DNA from: Crocinitomicaceae bacterium
Lineage (GTDB): Bacteria > Bacteroidota > Bacteroidia > Flavobacteriales_D > Crocinitomicaceae
NCBI GenBank assembly: GCA_002696025.1
Contig: NZQU01000017.1
Location: 1 to 32,152, forward strand
DNA length: 32,152 nucleotides
Direction: 5' to 3'
Part shown: positions 8,725-18,453 of the stretch, in pieces
How the letters are laid out: every line of letters starts with the position of its first letter
How positions within the stretch are numbered: position 1 is the stretch's first letter
Program-made: the position numbers and the translations under genes
The notes under the pieces: model-generated
The model's database searches: none
Seen by the model: only the letters and a program-made list of their open reading frames with translations
Told to the model about the DNA's origin: nothing

Positions 8725-9522
8725 CTATTTAGTCATTACATAATAGTTCTGAGTCGGGTAATAAATAGTTTCATGATCAGATTTGTAATATTTCCCCCCC
8801 GGATGTTTTGCAGTCCAATCTAGATTAAGCCAATAATCACCCACATCATCTAAACTAAAGTGAACAGCTATTTTATTTTTATAAAATCTTCCATACCTCT
8901 TGTTTAAAAATTGAATAAGTTCTTGTTTCTTTTTTTGATCACCAACATGAACTTCAGCATATGCATGTCCTGAATTGCCATTAGTTGCAGAAATAATTCT
9001 AGTTCTACCACCAATACATTCTATTAAAGATGCCATTGTGATTGCATAATCGTCACAGTCACCAGTTAAACCAACATCAATAGAAAAAGAAGCTTTTGAG
9101 ACAAGATCCATACTTATAGGATCATTTACATAGTTCCAATTATTAATTAAATCATCATATATTGAAAAAACTTGTTTGAAATTATATGACCCAGGATTGT
9201 TTTTGGCAAGTTGCAAAGCATATTTCCTAGTAACAGGGTTATTTACATCCATTGCCTTTTGATAAATCGTGAGTTTTGAAGATTGAAAATTATATTGACT
9301 GTCATGAACTTTATCATAATCTTTATTTATAGAGTGATTTTGTAAAATGTTGTCTAATGAAGCATAAAGAGAAAACAATAAAAATGAAGGTAAGAGGACA
9401 TTTATAATTAAATACCTTTTATATGATCTTATATTTTCAACTATGCCTTTCAAGTTCTTTTGAATTGATTCAATAGAATAAACACAAGAAGTTTGCCAAA
9501 AAAACAATTTAATTGTAGTCAA
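8725..9522 (-). CDS. Membrane-anchored transglutaminase-like (cysteine protease fold) protein
   Basis: One TM helix (YLIINVLLPSFLLFSLYASL), then GDCDDYAITMASLIECIGG, GHAYAEV and WLNLDW, matching the Cys-His-Asp transglutaminase-core pattern. The tracked start is TTG and no ATG precedes the TM helix, so the start is uncertain. Confidence 0.7.
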   Translation of the reverse strand: MTTIKLFFWQTSCVYSIESIQKNLKGIVENIRSYKRYLIINVLLPSFLLFSLYASLDNILQNHSINKDYDKVHDSQYNFQSSKLTIYQKAMDVNNPVTRKYALQLAKNNPGSYNFKQVFSIYDDLINNWNYVNDPISMDLVSKASFSIDVGLTGDCDDYAITMASLIECIGGRTRIISATNGNSGHAYAEVHVGDQKKKQELIQFLNKRYGRFYKNKIAVHFSLDDVGDYWLNLDWTAKHPGGKYYKSDHETIYYPTQNYYVMTK

Positions 9523-10831
9523 TTAAAAGATCTCCTATAATTCTTTTAATTTGAAGGTATATTTCTAGCTTATTATATTCGCTTTCTAAATACTTAAGCT
9601 GAGCATTTTGAAGGTTGTTTTTAAAAATTAATAAATCCATAGAGCTTAAAACACCTTGACTGTATTTTTTTTGAGCCAAAAGAAAACTTTTATTCGCAAA
9701 TTCAAGATTTTTCCGAGCAACATCAAGTAAAGAAGATCTCATTTCAAACAAGGAATAATAATTTTTGATTGAAGTTTTAATATTTGATTTTAGTTGATCG
9801 GCATCTAATTTGAGAATCTCTTTCTGAATTTTAGCAATCTTAATTGATCTTTGAGTATTCCAATTATTAAATAAGTTATATCTAATATTGAAATTTGCAT
9901 AATAGTTTAAAACCTTTGTATCCATTTTAAAATTTGGATTGTCAAGGTCTCTAAACCAACTTCTTGAAGGGGATACACCCATTTGAAAATTAACCGTTGG
10001 AAACCAAAAAGACTCATTCAGTTTTAATGCATTTGACTGAATATCAATAGCAATATTTTGCTTAATAATTTCATTGTTTTTATCAATTCTATTAATGGCA
10101 TCTTTTATATTTGGCAATGAGTATTCAGTAGGAAAATTATCAATTAAATAGGGTAATTCATCATCTGAAATACTTGAAGTATCATTCATGAGTAAACATA
10201 AATTTCTAATTGAATTTTTATAATTCACCTCTTGCATTAAAACATTCATGCTGTCGCTAAAAAACTGATTTTTAAACTGTAACAAATCCAATGAACTGCT
10301 GGTTGCATTTTTTTCTTTTATTAAATAAAAACCCATCGTCTCATTAGAAAATGTTTTTAAATCATTAAAACATTGAAGAATCTTTTTTTGACTAATTGCT
10401 TGATAATATAAAAGAAGAGCATCTAAAATTGTAGACTCAATTATTAACAACTCATTTTGCGTTGTTTTTTGTTGTGTTTTTTCAAGATTTCTTTTTGAAT
10501 AAACATTTGCCGGCCCAAAACTCCACACTGAATTAATTGAAGGAGAAATACTTTGAGATAAAATAACTCCTGGTGTAAAAGTAAAAGGATTGCTTGTGTT
10601 GTCTTGAATTACATTGTTGTTGCCAATTGTAAAATCAAAACTAGGAAAAACCCCAGCACTAGCCCAAGTATTCTTTATTGAATCAATAGAAGTTAAAAGT
10701 TTAGCGTTGTTTATATTTCTATTTGATTTTAAAGCAAAATTAATTGCATCTATTGATGAAAGTTTATTTTGAGAAGAAACTCCAAAACTAGATGAAAATA
10801 AAAATAACAGTACTATAATTTTTATATTCAT
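9509..10831 (-). CDS. TolC-family outer membrane efflux protein
   Basis: Signal peptide ending GVSS|Q. 440 aa with two-fold repeated coiled-coil/beta architecture. It is the last gene of the MFP-RND-OMF operon. Confidence 0.8.
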   Translation of the reverse strand: MNIKIIVLLFLFSSSFGVSSQNKLSSIDAINFALKSNRNINNAKLLTSIDSIKNTWASAGVFPSFDFTIGNNNVIQDNTSNPFTFTPGVILSQSISPSINSVWSFGPANVYSKRNLEKTQQKTTQNELLIIESTILDALLLYYQAISQKKILQCFNDLKTFSNETMGFYLIKEKNATSSSLDLLQFKNQFFSDSMNVLMQEVNYKNSIRNLCLLMNDTSSISDDELPYLIDNFPTEYSLPNIKDAINRIDKNNEIIKQNIAIDIQSNALKLNESFWFPTVNFQMGVSPSRSWFRDLDNPNFKMDTKVLNYYANFNIRYNLFNNWNTQRSIKIAKIQKEILKLDADQLKSNIKTSIKNYYSLFEMRSSLLDVARKNLEFANKSFLLAQKKYSQGVLSSMDLLIFKNNLQNAQLKYLESEYNKLEIYLQIKRIIGDLLIDYN

Positions 10832-10833
10832 AA

Positions 10834-13800
10834 TTAATCCTTATTGCTTTTTAAAGCAGGTTCCACATCTGTTTTTAAAGGCATTTTTAGTACCCATAGC
10901 CATCTAATAATTCTAAAAAAATCATTCCATATTAATATTGCTGATGGGTAGAAAAATAAAATAAAAAATGTCCCAAAAAGAACACCAAAAGCTATAGATG
11001 TTGCCATTGGTATTAAAAACTGAGCCTGAAGACTCGTTTCTGATATCAAAGGTAAAAGACCAGCTACTGTTGTTAATGATGTCAAGAGTATAGGCCTAAA
11101 CCTAGATATTGAAGCGTTTAAAGCAGAATAACGAACATCCTTACTTTCAATGAGCAATCTATTGTATTTATCTAAAAATACAATTGCATCATTAACCAAA
11201 ACACCTAACAAAGCAATGATACCAAAGGCAGATAAAATTGAAAATGGAATTCCAACAATCGCATGGCCTAAAATAGCACCACCAATGCCTGCTGGAATAA
11301 CCAACATAATTAAAAATGCCTGAGAAACAGAATTAAAATGTAGAGAAATCAACATAAACATTAAAACCAAACAAATACTTGCAGCATACTGCATTGAATT
11401 TTGACTTTTCTCACTTCTCTCAAATTGTCCTAACTTCATTACTTTAACGGCTGGGTATTTTTTTAATACACTAGGAACTACTGAATCATATATGGCATTA
11501 TTTAACTGAGCAACCAAATCAGGATCGGTACTTTCAGCATCAATTTTGATGATTCTTTGACCATTATACCTTAGAAGACTTTCTGGTGAGTTATCAAAAT
11601 TAAAATCACATAATTTGACAAGTGGTATTTTTAAACCTAGAGGTGACTTTACATTAAACTCTTTTAATTTATTTAAAGAATTCCTGTCTTCTTTGCTTAA
11701 CTTGACCCATATTTTAACCTCTTCAGTTCCAATAATAATTCTCTGAGCTTCTTGACCAAAAAAAGCTTGCCTTATTTGACGATTAATTTCAGATTTTGTA
11801 AGTCCATATGATTCTGCCTCTGGTTTTATTTTTATGATAACCTCTTTTCTTCCTGGAGGCACATTATCCCTGACATTAATAACGCCATTAATATCTAGCA
11901 TCTTGTTTTTAATTGAATTTGTAGCTTTTTTAAGATCCTCATCATTTGAGGAGGTAAATCCAAATTCAATTTCTTTTCCAAAACGATTAAATCCGCCAAC
12001 ATAAGTAGATTTAGATAGTTTAGCCTCACTTGTGTTAGTCAAACGTCTATTGATTCTATTAATTAATGTATCTATTGGAGTTTTTGATTTTTCTGCATTA
12101 ACAAACACAAGCAATCCCCCTGTATGGTTGCCAAACTGTCCCATACTTGATGCTGCTCCTATATTACTAGAAAATGAAGTGACCAAAGACTCTTTATTTT
12201 CCTTTTTTATTTTTTCGTTTTCCTCTATTAAAATTTTTGTTGCAACATCGATAAAATTCTTAACTTTTATTTTGTTATCTCCCGGAGAATATGCTGCCTC
12301 AATTGAAAATTGATCAGGTGGGATTTTTGGAAAAAAAGTTGCATTTATTGATCCTTTTATTAGCAATGAAATCACAATAACTAAAAATACTAAGGGAAGA
12401 AAAAACGAAACTCTGTGCCATTTTAAAAACATTTGAACATTATCTTTAAACCATCCATTTCTGACACTTTTTATACCAGCATCAGCCCTACTCCTTATAA
12501 ATTCTTCAATTGGCGAGTTAACAAATCCATTATATATACAAAAAGCACTAATTATAAATAACAAGATTGGCAAAAGAATTAACAAAAATGATTTTTCAGC
12601 AGGAATATAATCAACTCCGAAAGCAATAACCGAAATCCCAATTATAATTAAAACCGAACCACTTAACCATCCATAATTTTTCTTTAATTTTCCAGAAAGC
12701 ATTTTTTCTGAAGATAAATGAGATGGCAATATAAAAAAGGCCTCTATAAGAGAGAATGCTAATGAAGCTATTGCAACAAAAGCCATTTCCCTCATCATTT
12801 CAAGCCCTTCAACAAAAAATAAGACAGAAAAGGCTATAATAGTAGTTAAAATAGATGAAAATACAGATGCCCAAACCTCAAGAGTACCATCTATAGCTGC
12901 TTGTTTAGGTTTTTTACCTTTTTCATAGTGAGCATAAATATTTTCAGCGATTACAATACCATCATCAACTAAAATACCAACAACCAGAATCATTCCAAAT
13001 AATGAGATCATGTTAATTGTCATTCCATAAAAAAGAGAACCGACAAACATGCCTAAAAAAGAAAATGGAATTCCAAATGCCACCCAAGATGATAGTTTGA
13101 CATTTAAGAATAAACCTAAAAACACCAAAACAATCAATAAGCCTATTAATCCATTTTTTGTCAAAAGTTCAACCCTGCTATTTAGCATAGAGTTAAATTC
13201 AAAATAAACATGAAAAGTATAGTCAGGATTGGCCTCATTAAATTTATTTTGATAATCATACAATGCATTGGTGATTTTAGATATATCCTGTTGTGCTGTT
13301 TTTTCAATTCTAAAAGTTACTGAAGGGTTTCCATTGTATTTAGATTCTTGAGAATCTTCAGAGTAATTAAGCAATACCTTTGATATATCACCAACTTTTA
13401 TGATACTTCCTGAAGCGTTTGATCTAACGATTATATCAGCTATTTTTGATGTTTTAATTTCACGATCATTCCCTCTAATAATAATATCATTTACACCACC
13501 TCTTATGATTCCTGAGGTTATATCAATATTTTTACTTGCAATAGCTGTGCTTACCTCATCGATAGAAATACCATAACGAATCATATCTTTTTCGCTTAGC
13601 TGAACAACCAATTGTTTGGTAGGAAATCCTATCTTTTCTATTTCTGTAATTTCTTTTGTGTTAAGTAGATCCTGCTCTACTTTGGTAGCCTGATCTATTA
13701 ATTCAAAATCACTTTTTTTGGAAACTTTAGATGAAATACCCACAAAAGCAACAACGCTTGACATACCTGAAGAATTGATTCGTGTAATTATCGGTTTTTC

Positions 13801-14169
13801 TGCACCTTTAGGAAATGAATTAATTGAATTAACTGCGTTTTCAATGTTGCTTAATAATTGATCCATATCAGCATCTTGATAAGCACTAATAGATATCATT
13901 GCTGAATTTTCGGCAGAAGTTGAATTCATCTTCTCAATTTCTGAAATTCCTTTTAAAGATTGTTCAACTTTAATTGTAATCCCACTTTCAATCTCACTTG
14001 GTGAGGCACCAGGATAAAAAACATTAATGTTTATTTTTTTTGGATCTAACTCAGGAAAGAAAGATCTTTTGGTTTGAATGATTGAAAAAACACCAAAGAG
14101 AACGAAGAAAACAATAATTGAATTACCCCAAATAGGTTTATCGACAAAAAACTGAATTAATCTTCGCAT
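10834..14169 (-). CDS. RND efflux transporter permease (AcrB/CzcA superfamily)
   Basis: 1111 aa. TM4 motif VGILVDDGIVIAENI and TM10 motif LGVLVNDAIVFLDKY. Two large periplasmic loops. Confidence 0.9.
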   Translation of the reverse strand: MRRLIQFFVDKPIWGNSIIVFFVLFGVFSIIQTKRSFFPELDPKKININVFYPGASPSEIESGITIKVEQSLKGISEIEKMNSTSAENSAMISISAYQDADMDQLLSNIENAVNSINSFPKGAEKPIITRINSSGMSSVVAFVGISSKVSKKSDFELIDQATKVEQDLLNTKEITEIEKIGFPTKQLVVQLSEKDMIRYGISIDEVSTAIASKNIDITSGIIRGGVNDIIIRGNDREIKTSKIADIIVRSNASGSIIKVGDISKVLLNYSEDSQESKYNGNPSVTFRIEKTAQQDISKITNALYDYQNKFNEANPDYTFHVYFEFNSMLNSRVELLTKNGLIGLLIVLVFLGLFLNVKLSSWVAFGIPFSFLGMFVGSLFYGMTINMISLFGMILVVGILVDDGIVIAENIYAHYEKGKKPKQAAIDGTLEVWASVFSSILTTIIAFSVLFFVEGLEMMREMAFVAIASLAFSLIEAFFILPSHLSSEKMLSGKLKKNYGWLSGSVLIIIGISVIAFGVDYIPAEKSFLLILLPILLFIISAFCIYNGFVNSPIEEFIRSRADAGIKSVRNGWFKDNVQMFLKWHRVSFFLPLVFLVIVISLLIKGSINATFFPKIPPDQFSIEAAYSPGDNKIKVKNFIDVATKILIEENEKIKKENKESLVTSFSSNIGAASSMGQFGNHTGGLLVFVNAEKSKTPIDTLINRINRRLTNTSEAKLSKSTYVGGFNRFGKEIEFGFTSSNDEDLKKATNSIKNKMLDINGVINVRDNVPPGRKEVIIKIKPEAESYGLTKSEINRQIRQAFFGQEAQRIIIGTEEVKIWVKLSKEDRNSLNKLKEFNVKSPLGLKIPLVKLCDFNFDNSPESLLRYNGQRIIKIDAESTDPDLVAQLNNAIYDSVVPSVLKKYPAVKVMKLGQFERSEKSQNSMQYAASICLVLMFMLISLHFNSVSQAFLIMLVIPAGIGGAILGHAIVGIPFSILSAFGIIALLGVLVNDAIVFLDKYNRLLIESKDVRYSALNASISRFRPILLTSLTTVAGLLPLISETSLQAQFLIPMATSIAFGVLFGTFFILFFYPSAILIWNDFFRIIRWLWVLKMPLKTDVEPALKSNKD

Positions 14170-14172
14170 AAT

Positions 14173-15291
14173 TTAGTTCTTGTTAATTCCTTTAAATGTA
14201 ATGTCTTTATTGGGTGAAACTTTTTCTAAAACAAAGGCACTTCCGTTTTTGAGCCCAACTACAAATAATGAATCATCAGAAGAGGCTATAATATTTACAT
14301 TTTGCTGAACTATCTTTCCATTTTCCAAAACACAAACCGAATTTTTATTAATTGCATTTTCTGGTATTCTATAACAATCTAAATCTGTTGAATTATGGAA
14401 AGTTACATTTAAAAATTCTCCTAAAATCAAATTCTCCTTATCACTTCCTTTTACTTCATAGAATAAGTTAATAGATTGTGTATTTTGATCAATTTGTGAG
14501 TCCTGTCTTAAAAAGTTACCCTCACCTACTTTTTCTCCGTTAGAATTAGAGAAAATAATTGAATTGGATTTTTTAACTCGAGAAAGCATAGAAAGTAAAA
14601 CAGGAACTTTTACTTCCATTTTATTTGTATTTGAAATTCTTGCAATTCTAACACCAGGATTAATAATAGAGAAGGGCTTATTGTAAACTGCTGTAACAAT
14701 ACCATTAAAAGGTGCATAATAAAAATACTTCTCCAGTCTTAATTCTATACTTTTAATATTTAAATACTCTGAGTATATGCCTTTGAATGTTATAAATTTC
14801 TTTTCTTTTTCATTATTGAAATTAGGAAAGTCTGGCATTAATGCATTTGGATTTAAACCCTTTAAAAAGGCATTCCACTTTGTCAATTGATTGGGGAAAT
14901 CAATTTCAATATCTGCAAGGCAAGAAATTAACAAATTTGAAAGTTGTTCTTTTCTAGCAGTATACTGATAAAAAGCTTCTTGTTGATCAACAGAATATAA
15001 CAACTCGTTAAAATTAAATTTGCTTCCTGGATTTAGATCCTTATCTCCTTTTAAAAGTTTACCTTGAATTTCAAAAGCAATATCTAATTCTTCATTAGAT
15101 TGAATATGTCCATATGATTGATAATTTATTGAGTAAGACTGATTGATTACAGTATCAATAGGTATATACGAAATTTTAGATGTTGATTTTGTCTTTTTAT
15201 CAATCTCTTTTTTGTTTGAAGCCACCTTATAATAAATAAAGGCAGTTACCATTAAAAAAATTAAAGAAAACACAATTTTGTTAATTCGCAT
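14173..15291 (-). CDS. RND efflux periplasmic adaptor (membrane fusion protein)
   Basis: N-terminal anchor helix. YYAPFNGIVTAV...PGVRIARI matches the MFP beta-barrel motif (APfdGvv...pG). It is the first gene of the operon, 3 nt before the RND gene. Confidence 0.75.
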   Translation of the reverse strand: MRINKIVFSLIFLMVTAFIYYKVASNKKEIDKKTKSTSKISYIPIDTVINQSYSINYQSYGHIQSNEELDIAFEIQGKLLKGDKDLNPGSKFNFNELLYSVDQQEAFYQYTARKEQLSNLLISCLADIEIDFPNQLTKWNAFLKGLNPNALMPDFPNFNNEKEKKFITFKGIYSEYLNIKSIELRLEKYFYYAPFNGIVTAVYNKPFSIINPGVRIARISNTNKMEVKVPVLLSMLSRVKKSNSIIFSNSNGEKVGEGNFLRQDSQIDQNTQSINLFYEVKGSDKENLILGEFLNVTFHNSTDLDCYRIPENAINKNSVCVLENGKIVQQNVNIIASSDDSLFVVGLKNGSAFVLEKVSPNKDITFKGINKN

Positions 15292-15445
15292 GGTAATAAA
15301 TCATTAACGTTTCAGTTCAATAAATAAGTTTCATAAATCAAAAGACGAAAATAAAATAAATTTATCACATGATAATATATACCAAAGAGACAAGGCACAA
15401 TCAAACTTCAAAACCCTAAAACATATAACCAGACTTCATATTGTG

Positions 15446-15494
15446 AGTTTTCAACATGTTTTATTTAATTCAGAAGTGAAATATGTTGAAAACT
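15446..15494. repeat. 49-nt near-palindrome (12-bp perfect inverted repeat, extendable)
   Basis: AGTTTTCAACAT (15446-15457) and ATGTTGAAAACT (15483-15494) are exact reverse complements. Inner positions pair further (6 Watson-Crick plus 3 G-U pairs that work only in plus-strand RNA), leaving a 7-nt loop. Confidence 0.6.
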
Positions 15495-15586
15495 TCGTTG
15501 ATAACCAAAAGTAGGCAATGTTAAAATGAGGTTTCCTCAAAGTTAAATTTGTAGAGAGGTCGTATCAAATCACAAACACAGAAAGA

Positions 15587-16129
15587 ATGTTTAGCACAAT
15601 TCTAAAGAAGAAGTTATCAAATAATCAAGTTGCAAACGTATTCATAAATGCGATTTTTGATTCTGTTGATTCTGGATGGAAAGAAATTGCACTATTAATT
15701 AATGAAGACCCTGCCTTTATTGAATCACCAAATTTATCAGAAGAAGATAGCGGTTTATTTGGTTTAATTATTATCGTTGGAAACCTTTCTTTTTTAGAGA
15801 GCACATTCGACAATCATCAAGTAGTTAATATCGAAAGAATTATATTTCAGAAGCTTTCAAAAATATATGGTGTTACAGAATCTCAATTTCAAGATTTGAT
15901 AAGAGAATACCAATCTTTTATTAAAAGAGTAAATAGGCCATCTAAAAATATGGTTTATGGAATGTCTAAGGCTGTTTTCCACAAATATAATCTTAATGAT
16001 TTCCAAGATGAATACTTTAAAAGACTTCAAAATCCAAATCCCCTTTTTCTTAAGAGAATGGATGAAGTAATGAAATTTTACATCTGGAATTGGGATGCTT
16101 TTTTAAAAAAGTATAAAATCAATTCTTAA
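15587..16129 (+). CDS. Hypothetical cytoplasmic protein (180 aa, predicted helical)
   Basis: Long ORF with window-typical codon usage. A TAAATTTG -7-like box sits at 15544-15551. No recognisable motif. Confidence 0.5.
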   Translation: MFSTILKKKLSNNQVANVFINAIFDSVDSGWKEIALLINEDPAFIESPNLSEEDSGLFGLIIIVGNLSFLESTFDNHQVVNIERIIFQKLSKIYGVTESQFQDLIREYQSFIKRVNRPSKNMVYGMSKAVFHKYNLNDFQDEYFKRLQNPNPLFLKRMDEVMKFYIWNWDAFLKKYKINS

Positions 16130-16530
16130 ACTTTCCATTTCTTTTCAGTTATATGTATAGTTCCTTTTAAAGTGAATACCAATTCCTTTTTTTGGTTTTT
16201 TACTGAAACATAATAATTTCCATTTGAAATCTCTTTAGATTCTGCAGTTAATAAATCTCCTTCTTGTACTTTTTGCAAATATGACGAAGTAGTTTCTTTG
16301 GTATATGATACACTTCCTTTTGCATTCGCAGAAAAAGCCAATGCTGAATCAGACATAGAGAAACAAATGCCACCATGACCAATACCAAATCCATTAAGCA
16401 TCAACTTGTTAACTTTAATAGACAATTTGCAATATCCAGGGCTAATTTCTAAAACATTCAAACCTAACCATTCACTAAAATGATCTTTAGACAGCATTTT
16501 ATTTACAATTTTTAAACTCTGATTAGTCAT
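16126..16530 (-). CDS. PaaI-family hotdog-fold thioesterase
   Basis: 134 aa. NGFGIGHGGICFSMSDSALAFSA matches the PaaI/4HBT active-site region. Confidence 0.85.
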   Translation of the reverse strand: MTNQSLKIVNKMLSKDHFSEWLGLNVLEISPGYCKLSIKVNKLMLNGFGIGHGGICFSMSDSALAFSANAKGSVSYTKETTSSYLQKVQEGDLLTAESKEISNGNYYVSVKNQKKELVFTLKGTIHITEKKWKV

Positions 16531-16535
16531 TAATT

Positions 16536-17345
16536 CTATAATTTTTTTATCATTTGAAAATGTGAATCAGGCAATTGAGAAGAATAGCTTGGTTTGATTT
16601 TAAAAAGACCAAAAATAGAAGAACCACTTCCACTCATTGATGCATAAAAAGCGCCTTCATTATAAAGATTTTCTTTAATTTTTTTTAATTCTGGATACTC
16701 TTTAAATAATGGGATTTCAAAAGAGTTTATTAGATTGCTTTTCCAATCTGAGGGCACCATTTTATTCAAATTGAAATAAGTTTGCAACGAAGCATATTTT
16801 TTTATTAATGAATATGCTTTTTGAGTGCTAATGTGAAGTGATGGGTATATGAGCTTTATATAAAAATCTGATAAGTCAATATTAGACTTTTGCATGATTT
16901 CTCCTCTACCAGTACAGTACTGAGGAGTTGAATCAATAAAAAAAGGACAATCACTCCCCAATTCATTTGATAAAATTTTTAACTCCTTATTACTTATATT
17001 CAATTTAAATAAATCATTCAATGCTTTTAATGTATAAGCTGAATCTGATGATCCACCACCCAAACCAGCACCAATAGGAATGTTTTTATGCAAATGAATG
17101 TAAACAGGGTCTATATCATAATTTGTTTTTATGAGATTATATGCTTTCACACAAAGATTATCTTCATTATGATTGTTGAATTTTATTCCTGTTTGAAAAA
17201 ATTGGAATTTTTTTTGAACTTTTACCTCTAGAACATCATATAAAGGAATAGGAACCATAGAAGTTTCTATTTCATGAAACCCATCATGGCGTTTATTTAT
17301 AACATTTAAACCTAAATTAATTTTAGCAAATGGAAATAATATCAC
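16536..17345 (-). CDS. ispE: 4-diphosphocytidyl-2-C-methyl-D-erythritol kinase
   Basis: AKINLGLNVINKRHDGFHEIET and the GHMP kinase motif PIGAGLGGGSSDSA. GTG start. Confidence 0.9.
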   Translation of the reverse strand: MILFPFAKINLGLNVINKRHDGFHEIETSMVPIPLYDVLEVKVQKKFQFFQTGIKFNNHNEDNLCVKAYNLIKTNYDIDPVYIHLHKNIPIGAGLGGGSSDSAYTLKALNDLFKLNISNKELKILSNELGSDCPFFIDSTPQYCTGRGEIMQKSNIDLSDFYIKLIYPSLHISTQKAYSLIKKYASLQTYFNLNKMVPSDWKSNLINSFEIPLFKEYPELKKIKENLYNEGAFYASMSGSGSSIFGLFKIKPSYSSQLPDSHFQMIKKL

Positions 17346-17403
17346 TTAACAAATGTAATACAACACCACAGAATTACTAATTTTACACTGTAAAATAAAT
17401 TGT

Positions 17404-18357
17404 ATGGCTACTTACTTAGAATTTGAAGAACCAATAAAATTGCTTGAAGAACAAATTACACAAGCTAAAGAGATTAGTTCAAATACAGGAGTTGATATGA
17501 GTGACAATATTAAACAACTTCAAAAAAACTTAACAGATAAAACAAAAGAAATTATTTCTAACCTAACTCCTTGGCAAAGGGTTCAATTATCAAGACATCC
17601 AGATAGACCATACACAATGGCCTACATTAATGCATTAACAAATGGCGAATTTCAAGAACTTCATGGAGATCGAAATGTTAAAGATGACAAAGCAATGGTT
17701 GGAGGCTTTGGCTTAATGGATGACAGAAGCATTATGTTTATTGGTCAACAAAAAGGAATCAATACAAAAATGCGTCAATTCAGGAACTTTGGGATGCCTA
17801 ATCCGGAAGGTTATAGAAAAGCGCTTCGCCTAATGAAGTTGGCTGAAAAATTTAACAAACCTATTGTAACATTTATAGATACACCTGGTGCTTTTCCCGG
17901 TCTAGAAGCAGAAGAAAGAGGTCAAGGAGAAGCTATAGCTAGAAATATATATGAAATGATGCGCCTTAAAGTACCTGTCATATGTATTATTATTGGAGAA
18001 GGTGCATCAGGAGGGGCTCTTGGAATTGGTGTAGGTGATCGAGTCATGATGCTCGAAAATACATGGTACTCTGTTATTTCTCCAGAGTCTTGCTCATCAA
18101 TTTTATGGCGTTCATGGGATTTCAAAGAAACCGCTGCAGATGCATTAAAACTAACCTCTGCACACATGAAAAAGTTATCAATAGTTGATGAAGTCATTAA
18201 AGAACCTATACAAGGAGCTCATCGAAATAAGGAAGAGATGTTTAGAAGAGTGCGCAAGATTATAAATACAGCACTTTCAGAACTTGATGCTATGAAACCA
18301 GAGGATCGAATTAAAAGTAGAATTGATCATTTCTCTAAAATGGGCGTTTGGAAATAG
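17404..18357 (+). CDS. accA: Acetyl-CoA carboxylase carboxyltransferase subunit alpha
   Basis: 317 aa. [31 protein letters not shown] and [13 protein letters not shown] are AccA signatures. Confidence 0.95.
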   Translation: MATYLEFEEPIKLLEEQITQAKEISSNTGVDMSDNIKQLQKNLTDKTKEIISNLTPWQRVQLSRHPDRPYTMAYINALTNGEFQELHGDRNVKDDKAMVGGFGLMDDRSIMFIGQQKGINTKMRQFRNFGMPNPEGYRKALRLMKLAEKFNKPIVTFIDTPGAFPGLEAEERGQGEAIARNIYEMMRLKVPVICIIIGEGASGGALGIGVGDRVMMLENTWYSVISPESCSSILWRSWDFKETAADALKLTSAHMKKLSIVDEVIKEPIQGAHRNKEEMFRRVRKIINTALSELDAMKPEDRIKSRIDHFSKMGVWK

Positions 18358-18453
18358 CCAAGATTGAAAAAAATCTAATTTTAAATTAATATATAGAGCA
18401 TATTTATTGTGCTTATTTGTAAAAATTTGTTAATATTGAGTAAATAAATTTTT

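Noticed and set aside
8794-8800. A C7 run (G7 in the coding sense, HPGGKYY) in the transglutaminase-like gene as a phase-variation tract.
   Set aside because: It lies about 20 codons from the 3' end, so slippage would barely alter the protein. I noted it only as the second G/C heptamer in an AT-rich window.
18358-18453. A possible riboswitch (cobalamin/TPP type) upstream of the TonB-dependent receptor.
   Set aside because: The gap is only 96 nt, almost pure A/T, and lacks any conserved riboswitch core sequence or convincing helices.
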